64,000 bases of DNA from an uncultured bacterium (GTDB lineage: Bacteria; Chloroflexota; Dehalococcoidia; Dehalococcoidales; RBG-16-60-22): positions 20,269-84,268 of the forward strand of contig CBDUSH010000001.1 of the NCBI GenBank assembly GCA_965369965.1, written 5' to 3'. A model generated the notes under the pieces. It was not told where the DNA came from. It did no database searches and saw only the letters and a program-made list of their open reading frames with translations. Below, piece by piece: positions 1 through 8,226 of the stretch. The first letter of the stretch is position 1. Each line of letters starts with the position of its first letter. The translations under genes and the position numbers were made by a program.

Positions 1-840
1 TCCCAGGACCCTGAGGTATTGAAGGCTAAGGTACGTGAGGTAGCCGGCCTGCTTTTTGCCGCCGGTATCGACCCCGAGGAATCGGCGGTCTTTATCCAGT
101 CCCATATCCCCGCTCACTCCGAATTGGCCTGGATCCTGAATTGTTTTACCCCTATGGGCTGGATGCGGCGCATGACTCAGTTCAAGGAGAAATCTGAGCG
201 GCACAAGGAAGAGGTCAGCGTCGGCCTTTTTGACTACCCGGTGCTGATGGCGGCGGATATTCTGCTCTATGCTACCGACGTTGTTCCCGTCGGGGAAGAC
301 CAGAAACAGCACGTCGAGCTGGCGAGAGATATTGCCCAGCGCTTTAACTCCATCTTTGGAGAAACTCTTAAAGTGCCGGCGGTGACCATACCGAAGGTAG
401 GCGCCCGCATTATGGGGCTGGACGACCCGATGCAGAAGATGAGCAAAAGCGAGGCCGGGCCGGGCCGTATCATTTATTTACTGGATTCGCCGGACGATAT
501 CCGTAACAAGATAAAAAGAGCCACTACAGACTCCCTCAAGGAAATCCGCTTTGATGAAAGCCGCCCCGGCATCTACAACCTGCTGGTTATTTATGAACTT
601 TTCACCGGACTTGACCGCGCTGAGATTGAAGCGCGCTGGGAAGGTAAAGGCTACGGCGACTTTAAGCGTGAGCTGGCTGAGGTGGTTGTCGAAGGACTGA
701 ACCCCATACAGTCCCGTTACCGGGAACTGACCGCTGATTTATCCCACATTGATTCGTTACTGGCCGTGGGGACGCGCAGAATCCTGCCCGTTGCCGAAAA
801 AACCCTGGCCGCGGTCAAAGCTAAAATCGGTCTCGGGTAG
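1..840 (+). CDS. trpS: tryptophan--tRNA ligase, C-terminal ~280 aa (5' end lies upstream of the window)
   Basis: The frame is open from base 1. It has the class-I aaRS KMSKS loop (MQKMSKSE) and TrpRS-like blocks DYPVLMAADILLY and VPVGEDQKQHVELARD. Confidence 0.9.
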   Translation, partial: SQDPEVLKAKVREVAGLLFAAGIDPEESAVFIQSHIPAHSELAWILNCFTPMGWMRRMTQFKEKSERHKEEVSVGLFDYPVLMAADILLYATDVVPVGEDQKQHVELARDIAQRFNSIFGETLKVPAVTIPKVGARIMGLDDPMQKMSKSEAGPGRIIYLLDSPDDIRNKIKRATTDSLKEIRFDESRPGIYNLLVIYELFTGLDRAEIEARWEGKGYGDFKRELAEVVVEGLNPIQSRYRELTADLSHIDSLLAVGTRRILPVAEKTLAAVKAKIGLG

Positions 841-989
841 ACTTAAAATTCACCGGGCAGAGGCTGGAACCAGCTGATCCGGCATTTCTTTACTGAAGAA
901 GACGTTTAAGAGGGCGTCAGCCTCTCTAATCAAATAACCCCCTGATTACCCCTGTCAGCAACCCTGTGAAGCTAACTTTACAGTTCATA

Positions 990-2123
990 CTAGATGACGT
1001 TAATGAAGGTTGTCGCCACAAACAGTTCTCTCAGGGTTATCCAGTCCATTATGCGGCACTCCACCGGGAACTGACCGCGCCGGGTCGGCGTCAACAGTAT
1101 TTCCCAGCGCATGGCTGATGTCAGCCGGAAGGGCTGGCCCGCTTCCAGGCTGAAAGGCCTTGAATACGCGGATGGCGGCACTCCCAGGGCGTAGCCATCC
1201 ATGGAAGTCACTTCAACCGGCAGCCCGATACGGTAATCCTGCACCGTATAGCCGGCGTTGAGTATGCGCAGGAGCAAAGTTTGGCCTGCTTTAACGTTGG
1301 CGGCCACCTCGTTGAATGGAGTGGCGTCAGTCTTTTTCCTTAAAAAACCACTGATGGTGAAGACGTCCGGCTGGAAGTCGTGCAGGCTACCATCATCGGT
1401 AAAGTTATCTGGATTTTCCCGGCCGGTGGGGTCATCCGGGTCACACTTTTGCATGAAGGCGTTGTGCGGCAGGTCAATCCAGTTGCTCTGGATTTCGTCC
1501 ACCACCCACAGCGCTTCCACATCATACTTTCTGACATAAGTCGGCGGGTTAAACGCCGAACAGAAGCCTGGCCCGCCGGTGGGGTAGGGCGGGTCGGGGA
1601 TACCGGCCGCCTCCGCCGTGTTCGGTTTCCTGGGGTCAACGATGAACAAGCCGTAGAGGCCGAGTTCAAAATGAAGCGTCGTATTCTTGTGGCAGTGGAA
1701 GAAATAGGTGCCCGGATGATTAGTGGCGAACTGGTAGACGAAGTTTCCGGAAACTTCGAAGGAGTGCTTACCCACCCCGTCATTCACTGGTGACGGCTCA
1801 ATGCCGTGCCAGTGGATGGTGTGGGTATTGGTGCTGTTATGCACTTTCGCGTGAACTATGTCCCCCTCCACCGTCCGGATAAGCCTGGAAGGGAAGGAAT
1901 CTCCCCCGTCCTCGGCCTCTCTGTCCCTGATAGTCCACCGGCGCAGTGTCTGCCCGTCCGGGAATTCTATGTCTACTGTTTCCTTAAGCTGGCGCTCGAT
2001 TCGGCGGGTAGGCTCCACACGGTCTACCGGCCCCCCGTTGAAAGTCGGCGGACAAACATGCTTATGAAACACCGGGAACTGCTCTTCCGGTACGTACGGT
2101 AACTGAATTTTATCTTTAACCAC
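990..2123 (-). CDS. multicopper-oxidase-family protein without signal peptide (partner subunit B)
   Basis: Cupredoxin-type motifs HTIHWHG and FFHCHKNTTLHFELGLYG are present. The GTG start overlaps the upstream TAG stop by 1 nt. No N-terminal signal sequence is visible. Confidence 0.75.
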   Translation of the reverse strand: MVKDKIQLPYVPEEQFPVFHKHVCPPTFNGGPVDRVEPTRRIERQLKETVDIEFPDGQTLRRWTIRDREAEDGGDSFPSRLIRTVEGDIVHAKVHNSTNTHTIHWHGIEPSPVNDGVGKHSFEVSGNFVYQFATNHPGTYFFHCHKNTTLHFELGLYGLFIVDPRKPNTAEAAGIPDPPYPTGGPGFCSAFNPPTYVRKYDVEALWVVDEIQSNWIDLPHNAFMQKCDPDDPTGRENPDNFTDDGSLHDFQPDVFTISGFLRKKTDATPFNEVAANVKAGQTLLLRILNAGYTVQDYRIGLPVEVTSMDGYALGVPPSAYSRPFSLEAGQPFRLTSAMRWEILLTPTRRGQFPVECRIMDWITLRELFVATTFINVI

Positions 2124-3355
2124 TACTTGGCTCCCTGCTGTGCTTCCGGCGGGCCACCAGCCTCCGCCGGATCAGAATTCGGGAAATCTATACCGTCCAC
2201 ATCTCCGGTGCACTCCCAGATAGATACCAAGCCCTGCGGATAGTTCCCGCCGGCGGCTGTCTGAGACATCTCCATGTGGCAGTGCATCGGCCAGGACAGG
2301 GGTGACTGCGGTACTCCGCCCATTGTGATCTGTAATTCGTCCTTAAGCAGTTCCCGCAGTGGTTTTTCAGGGTCGCCGGGGATATCCGGCGGTCTGATGA
2401 AGGGATGCAGCCAGTCCATGCGCTCCAGCGGCTTGACCGTTACGCTGTCAATGAGAACTACATTCTCCTGGACCATCTGGTATTCGTCCCGGTTATCGAC
2501 TCTGGCAAGTACGTAGAAGTGGTTGGCATGAAGGTGAGGCGAATGATGTGCCAGCCCGGCGTTCATGATACGTATGATGTGCGGCTCCCCTATCCTGCCG
2601 CGGGGGACGATGCTGGGGTCGTGGGAGGAATAAGCTCCGGAAAGCCCGTTAATGGTAAAATATTGCGGCAGGAACCTGTTGAAGAACTCCGCAGGGTCCA
2701 GCTTTTCACCGTTCTCAGCTCGTTCATTCATCTTCGGGTCGATCGAGTTGAAAAGCCATATGCGACTGAGCTCTTTACTCCAGGGATGACCGGGAAAACG
2801 TTCGTGGGTGCCCAGGTCATCGAAAAGCTGCCGGACGGCGGGCGTGGGGCGGCTGTAGGGAGTATTCCCCTTCCCGGGAAGAATTATCATCGGACCGTGA
2901 AGTCCCAAAACGCGGTTGACCGGTGCATTCAGGTGGTCGAAATACAGATAGCTGCCGCCTTTCGGCGCCGGAAAGCTAAACTCCCTGGTGTCTCCCGGTG
3001 CTATTTCAATGCCTCTGCCTGCCTCACCCGACACGCCGGGAATACGGAAACCATGCACCTCCGGCAGACTATTTGTTATTGAAAATTCAAGCTCTTCACC
3101 CTCAATGGCGTCAATGAGCGGCCCTGGCATTTGCGGCGTCGGTCTCAGCCGTTCGAGGTCCTCAAACGCCCAGTGATAAACCGGCTTCCGGTCAACCATC
3201 TCCACCAGGGTTTCCGTGATGCCCAGCCGGTACTTCCCTGCCAGTCCAGGCGCCCTTAAGAATGGACCGTAACGGTTTGCCGCCGTCCCGCCGGCAAATG
3301 CCGCCATTCCTACCAGGGCATACCTGATGAATTCGCGGCGGCTTATTTCAGGCAT
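2123..3355 (-). CDS. Tat-exported multicopper-oxidase-family protein (subunit A)
   Basis: It has a twin-arginine leader MPEISRREFIRYALVGMAAFAGG. C-terminal MCO motifs HSPHLHANH (HxxHxH) and WPMHCHMEM (HCH) are present. The N-terminal-domain His motifs are degenerate. Confidence 0.8.
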   Translation of the reverse strand: MPEISRREFIRYALVGMAAFAGGTAANRYGPFLRAPGLAGKYRLGITETLVEMVDRKPVYHWAFEDLERLRPTPQMPGPLIDAIEGEELEFSITNSLPEVHGFRIPGVSGEAGRGIEIAPGDTREFSFPAPKGGSYLYFDHLNAPVNRVLGLHGPMIILPGKGNTPYSRPTPAVRQLFDDLGTHERFPGHPWSKELSRIWLFNSIDPKMNERAENGEKLDPAEFFNRFLPQYFTINGLSGAYSSHDPSIVPRGRIGEPHIIRIMNAGLAHHSPHLHANHFYVLARVDNRDEYQMVQENVVLIDSVTVKPLERMDWLHPFIRPPDIPGDPEKPLRELLKDELQITMGGVPQSPLSWPMHCHMEMSQTAAGGNYPQGLVSIWECTGDVDGIDFPNSDPAEAGGPPEAQQGAK

Positions 3356-3716
3356 ACAGACACCCCCCCCCCATTATCAGGGGACTCTTAACAGAGCCTC
3401 AATCAGCACAAACGCCTGCTGTAATTATGTGTTTTGTACGCCGGATGAACAATACGTGTCCTTACTTAATTCTCTTGTTTTTAAGGGTGCTAATTTCACG
3501 AACAGGTTTCCCGGGGTACCTGCTGCCTGACAGTTTATCTGGGGTCACAAAAGATTGTTTTATCAGCCATGGAAAAACAGTTCCTTGTTAGTAGCGCCAA
3601 CCGGAGACCATCCCGGAATGCGTCATTCCATTCATATATGTTCCAACGCAGAAAGACTTGCCGGTTTAATGAGTAACAGTTATGGTACTGATCTCTCGTA
3701 ACCCAGCATCATTTGT

Positions 3717-3739
3717 GCCTTAATCGCTGACGACGCACA
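3717..3739. repeat. left arm of a 23-nt inverted repeat (partner at 8119-8141)
   Basis: GCCTTAATCGCTGACGACGCACA matches the reverse complement of 8119-8141 at 21/23 positions. Confidence 0.6.
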
Positions 3740-3750
3740 CTACTGGGTGC

Positions 3751-4395
3751 TTATTCGGTGAATCTTTCACCGCCAACGCAATTGTCGATGCCGTAATCTC
3801 TTTTCACCTGGCGGTAAATAGCGATATCGTACTCTGCCGGGTAGCGGAATTTCCGCTCCGCAATCAACACTATTTGCTTGCCCATCTCTCTTGACGCTTG
3901 CACGGCGTGCTTATCTTTACGGACGTCGCCTTTATTACGGGCATAACCGTAGACGAAATCGGTGGAAAGCATGTGGTGTACCGAGAAAAAAGAGCTGAAT
4001 AGTTGCCAGACGGCCAAATGCCCCAAACTGGCGGCGACCGATATTACGCCGCTGACCTTATTCGTCAACCGGTTGCTGTTGGTATAAATGGAATAAGAAC
4101 GGTCGATAAGAATCTTTGCCTGAGCGGTGACGCTCCAGAAATAAACCGGCGTCCCCCAGACGATGCCATCGGCCTCTTCTATTTTGGCGTAGATTTCCGG
4201 GATGTCGTCCTGAAGGTGGCATTTACCGGTCTGCTGGCATGACAGGCACCCGTCGCAGGGTCTGATATCTTTATCCCAGACCGTTACCAGTTCGGTTTCT
4301 GCCCCGCGGTCCCTGGCTCCGGCGAGAGCCTCCTGCACCAGAAATTCGGTGTTCCCTCCTTTTCGAGGGCTGCAGACAATACCTAAAACTTTCAT
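3751..4395 (-). CDS. iron-sulfur flavoprotein / NADPH-dependent FMN reductase family
   Basis: It has a flavodoxin-like N-terminus MKVLGIVCSPRKGGNTEFLV and a compact Cys motif CDGCLSCQQTGKC (CX2CX2CX5C) as in Isf proteins. Confidence 0.75.
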   Translation of the reverse strand: MKVLGIVCSPRKGGNTEFLVQEALAGARDRGAETELVTVWDKDIRPCDGCLSCQQTGKCHLQDDIPEIYAKIEEADGIVWGTPVYFWSVTAQAKILIDRSYSIYTNSNRLTNKVSGVISVAASLGHLAVWQLFSSFFSVHHMLSTDFVYGYARNKGDVRKDKHAVQASREMGKQIVLIAERKFRYPAEYDIAIYRQVKRDYGIDNCVGGERFTE

Positions 4396-4548
4396 CTCAA
4401 GGACTCCTTATATATTTTGCAGTTATATTCTTCCTGAGTAGCGTAAGGCTCTTTCTTTTCCATTTTACAGGCTCTTCCTTTCCTCACCGGCGACGATTTT
4501 GTTTGATGACTGTCCCCGCTATACACACGTCCGGCCTCACTATATCTT

Positions 4549-5034
4549 CTACCCCTGCTCCTCAACCCTGAGTGACATGTGTTTCTCTTTGGCCCAGCCT
4601 CCTTCATAAGGCGACTGATAAAAATGCTCTAATACTACGCTGCTCATCAGCCATTGACCATTTACTTTTTCATACTCATCAATATAGAGACAACTTGACC
4701 AGAATCCCTGGCCGTCACGCCGGATTCCGGTGTTCATTCCGTACCATGTCCCGTGGGCCCGGTTACCTTCTACCGTGATATCAGGTGCCACGATACGGTG
4801 GCAGGAGAATATCATGTGTTTTGATATGTCTGTGAAATACTCTTTAATGGCCGCCTTCCCCCGCATCATCCCCCACACTGCCCCGCCCCATACGGCGTCC
4901 TCGGTAAACAGCTCGCCCAGCTTCTCAATCTGGAAGTTATCGTCCATGTATCGGGCATAGCGCACCTTGAGTTTCTTGATTTCCTCCAGGTCTTCTAAAG
5001 CTTGAATCCTCTTTTCCAAATCTTCTAACGTCAT
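4549..5034 (-). CDS. SnoaL/NTF2-like fold protein
   Basis: 161 aa. The N-terminal pattern EEIKKLKVRYARYMD and the size are typical of SnoaL-like (NTF2 superfamily) proteins. This is a family-level guess only. Confidence 0.55.
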   Translation of the reverse strand: MTLEDLEKRIQALEDLEEIKKLKVRYARYMDDNFQIEKLGELFTEDAVWGGAVWGMMRGKAAIKEYFTDISKHMIFSCHRIVAPDITVEGNRAHGTWYGMNTGIRRDGQGFWSSCLYIDEYEKVNGQWLMSSVVLEHFYQSPYEGGWAKEKHMSLRVEEQG

Positions 5035-5107
5035 TATTTCTCCTTTCCATCCCGGTTGTTAACTTCGGGGTGCTGCCCCGGAATATGAATAATCAGTATT
5101 TTACTCT

Positions 5108-5458
5108 TCACTCAGAACGCCGTGGCACCCAGAGCACCATCCTCGGCTTTTTGGCCATTTCCAGTGAAAGCTCCTCGATTCGCCCATATTTCATACAGGC
5201 AGCCATACAGTGCATGACACAGGCAGGCTTAAGGCCTTTTTTAGTACGGGGGGCGCACAGGATACACAGTTCCGTGGGAAACGGCAGGTAAGTGAGATAC
5301 GCTTTATCCTTCGGCAGCTTCTGGACAACTTCAATTACCTGTATTCCACCCATACCTGCCGGCCATCGGTATTCCTGGGCGCAGGCAACCTGACAGGCAT
5401 AGCAGCCGGTGCAGTATTCATAATCGATCAATAGACCGTATTCACATTTTTCAGGCAC
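5108..5458 (-). CDS. small 4Fe-4S ferredoxin-type subunit of the adjacent molybdopterin oxidoreductase
   Basis: It has CTGCYACQVAC plus a second Cys cluster C..C...........C...C...C. It overlaps the stop of the catalytic subunit by 8 nt. Confidence 0.75.
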   Translation of the reverse strand: MPEKCEYGLLIDYEYCTGCYACQVACAQEYRWPAGMGGIQVIEVVQKLPKDKAYLTYLPFPTELCILCAPRTKKGLKPACVMHCMAACMKYGRIEELSLEMAKKPRMVLWVPRRSE

Positions 5459-7904
5459 TTTCGGTCTCCTCTCTCCCGTTAATTTTGCGGACGCGGCAAA
5501 GCAAATGCTTTATCGGGGCGCCCAGTCCGTCCTTACCCTGGTAACCCATCGGAATAAGTTGATTGATATTCGATTCCCACACTCCGAACAGGGAAGGTTC
5601 CGGTCCCGGTTTTTCCGGAAACCACCAGCCGTGAGGGGCCATCACCATCCAGGTCGGTACCACCAGAGTAACTTTAGCCTTGAGTTTGCACCTGCCGAGC
5701 CAGTTTTCCACCCAGACCCACTCCCCCTCGCCGATACCCAGTGACCGGGCAGTGTCGGGGTGGATTTCAAGTACCGGGTCGGGGTCGATTTCCCGGAGCC
5801 ACGGGATATTCCTGTGCTCGGCATGGAAAAACACCGGGGACCTTCTCCCTGTCGATAGTATCAGAGGGTACTTTTCGTATAGATCCGGCCGGCTGATGGG
5901 AGTAAAGGGCGGCTCTTCATAGTGGGCGATGGGTTCTAAGCCCCACTCTTCGCGCAGGGTTGAATACAACTCAATTTTCCCGGAAGGAGTTTGAAAACCG
6001 GGTTTCCGGTCCGACCGCAACAATCCTTTCTCGAACCGGTGGTACGGGGTGCTGGGGTGACCCTCCGGAGGAAAAGCCCAGCCCTGCTTCTGCAGCTCTT
6101 TAAAAGTCAGTCCGGAAGGCTTGAGGATTTCATCAAAAAGTTCATGAATGTCGTTCCAGTTAAAATCCGGGTCAAACCTCCGGGCAAGCTCGAAGTTGAT
6201 TTCCACGTCAGGCTTGCAGTCACCGACCGACATGACCTTGTTGATGGTCTGAAGAGGAACCCACCAGCTCTTGATGCTGTCTTTTTCCAGGAAACTGGCC
6301 GTGGGCAAGACCACATCCGCCAGTTGGGTGGTGGGATTCATGAAAAGGTCAACGGCAACCACAAAGTCAAGCTTCTTAAGGGCTTCAACCCACTTCTTCG
6401 GGTCAAGCCCCAGGCCAACCACCGGGCTAGCCGCTTGTATCCACATACCTTTGATAGGATAAGGCTCTTCGCTGAATATCTGCTCCAGCACCATGTCCGG
6501 CTGAGCGCGCCAGACAAACTTCTTCAAAGGTCCGTACCGGTCGATGCCAATCCGCTTCTGGTCGGCTTCCTTGGAGGCTAACTTGATAACCCCCTTATTT
6601 CCGGGCAAAGCGTAGGCAACCACGTCGAAGGCAAAACGGGAGATTACGTTCCCGCCAGGCACATCCAGGTTGCCGGTTAAACACCACAGATTGGCAATTG
6701 CCTGGGCGGTGGGCGTGATGGCCGGTGTCATGTCAATAGGCACGCCCCAGTGAATTGCCGCCGGCTTGCTTTCCGCGTAAAAACGGGCCGCTTCCACAAT
6801 ATCTTTCTCAGGTACCCAGGTGATTTCGGACACCTTTTCCACCGGATACTCGTCCACCTGTCGGCAGAAGACAGACCAGACCGTCCAGGCGGATATTTCA
6901 GCTCCACCGGTAAGACGAAGCTTAAATTCTCCTTCTAAAGCCGGTTTAACATTTGGCAACCGGTGGGCCGCCTCTTTGGAATCCCAGACCACCGGCGACT
7001 CGGCCGCCGTGTCCCAGACGACGTAATTATCATTAGCGCCGCCATCAACTAAATCGTCCTCCCGGAGAAGCTTTCCGGTGTCGCTGCGGACCAGGTGAGT
7101 CGCATTTGTCCACTTCTCCACAAATTCTTTATCGTAAAGCCGTTCCCTGATAATCACGTTCAGAAACCCCATCGCCAGCGCCCCATCCGTGCCTGGTCTG
7201 AGTTTGAGCCATTTCTTAGCCCTTGAGGCAAACCACGATAACCGGGGGTCAATAGCGATAATCTCGGTGCCCTTCTTCATAAGGTCGATGAACCAGTGCC
7301 CGAAGATGTTATCCGGGCATGAGGCCGGAATATTGTAGCCCCAGATAATCAGACATTTGGGAACTTTATACCTCGGGTCTTCGTAGCGTTTCGGGAACCA
7401 TTGAGCGGCGTCAGGGACACAGTAATTACCCTGGACGGTATGCAGGGCGGCCATTCGCGGGGTGTAACAGGAAAGCCCGCTCAGGCCGAACATGACATTA
7501 GGGCTGCCGTAGGCATAAGCCAGCATGCATATCCAGGGCCCGATATCCCGTCCGGTACCCATGGTGAAGACGAAGCTCTCCGCCCCGAATTCCTGCCGGA
7601 TATTTTTCATTTTTCTTTCTATCAGGTCGAAGGCGTCGTCCCAGGAAATTTCCTGCCACTTACCCTCCCCGCGCTCACCGACCCTTTTTAGGGGACGGGT
7701 CAGCCGGTCGGGATGGTTCACATATTGGGTCATTGCCAGGCAGCGGGAACAGAGGCGTCCCTGGTTCCAGGGATGTTCCGGGTCGCCCTCAATCTTGACC
7801 AGTTTGCCGTCTTCGATATGTGCCAGCACCCCGCAACCACCGTGGCAACCTGGCCCCGCCGACCAGGTGGTGGTACGTAAAATTTCACGTTTCCCCTGTT
7901 TCAC
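5451..7904 (-). CDS. molybdopterin (DMSO-reductase superfamily) oxidoreductase catalytic subunit, cytoplasmic type
   Basis: 817 aa. The N-terminal FeS motif is GCHGGCGV...GRLCSRC. The size and architecture fit COG0243-type enzymes. There is no twin-arginine leader. Confidence 0.85.
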   Translation of the reverse strand: MKQGKREILRTTTWSAGPGCHGGCGVLAHIEDGKLVKIEGDPEHPWNQGRLCSRCLAMTQYVNHPDRLTRPLKRVGERGEGKWQEISWDDAFDLIERKMKNIRQEFGAESFVFTMGTGRDIGPWICMLAYAYGSPNVMFGLSGLSCYTPRMAALHTVQGNYCVPDAAQWFPKRYEDPRYKVPKCLIIWGYNIPASCPDNIFGHWFIDLMKKGTEIIAIDPRLSWFASRAKKWLKLRPGTDGALAMGFLNVIIRERLYDKEFVEKWTNATHLVRSDTGKLLREDDLVDGGANDNYVVWDTAAESPVVWDSKEAAHRLPNVKPALEGEFKLRLTGGAEISAWTVWSVFCRQVDEYPVEKVSEITWVPEKDIVEAARFYAESKPAAIHWGVPIDMTPAITPTAQAIANLWCLTGNLDVPGGNVISRFAFDVVAYALPGNKGVIKLASKEADQKRIGIDRYGPLKKFVWRAQPDMVLEQIFSEEPYPIKGMWIQAASPVVGLGLDPKKWVEALKKLDFVVAVDLFMNPTTQLADVVLPTASFLEKDSIKSWWVPLQTINKVMSVGDCKPDVEINFELARRFDPDFNWNDIHELFDEILKPSGLTFKELQKQGWAFPPEGHPSTPYHRFEKGLLRSDRKPGFQTPSGKIELYSTLREEWGLEPIAHYEEPPFTPISRPDLYEKYPLILSTGRRSPVFFHAEHRNIPWLREIDPDPVLEIHPDTARSLGIGEGEWVWVENWLGRCKLKAKVTLVVPTWMVMAPHGWWFPEKPGPEPSLFGVWESNINQLIPMGYQGKDGLGAPIKHLLCRVRKINGREETESA

Positions 7905-8118
7905 CGTTTATTCTCCTTTATCCAGTTGTTACCGATATGTTATTTCTCTGTTCGATGGATGTCAATAATCGGGGTGAAAAAGGCAACTTTGTATTTGTAG
8001 GATGAAACTATTATCAAGCGGAAATGGCTTATCAGACGATAAATATTAATCCTCAGGTAAGTAAGGCTTTTGAGAAATAAGTGAATTGCCAAACTTGTCC
8101 ATACCATTCATGGGGGCT

Positions 8119-8141
8119 TGTGCGTCGTCGGTGATTAAGGC
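8119..8141. repeat. right arm of the 23-nt inverted repeat (partner at 3717-3739)
   Basis: TGTGCGTCGTCGGTGATTAAGGC. It is intergenic, between the rtcB stop and the Mo-enzyme promoter region. Confidence 0.6.
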
Positions 8142-8226
8142 GCCCTTGAGTCGCCGCCGCTTTATTCCGCGTCCCTTCCCTTCCTGATTTAAGAAGAGAG
8201 AAGAGTAAAGGAAGTAAGGTCACCAA

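Noticed and set aside
925-960. A ~16-nt match (AGGGGTAATCA[A/G]GGGG) between this intergenic region and the 3' end of rtcB (8227-8250)
   Set aside because: The match is too short, and the flanks do not align. It is consistent with chance.
4392-4607. 71-aa minus-strand ORF between the NTF2-like and flavoprotein genes
   Set aside because: It overlaps the 3' end of the NTF2-like gene and the start of the flavoprotein gene. Its sequence is basic and low-complexity with no motif. It is likely spurious.
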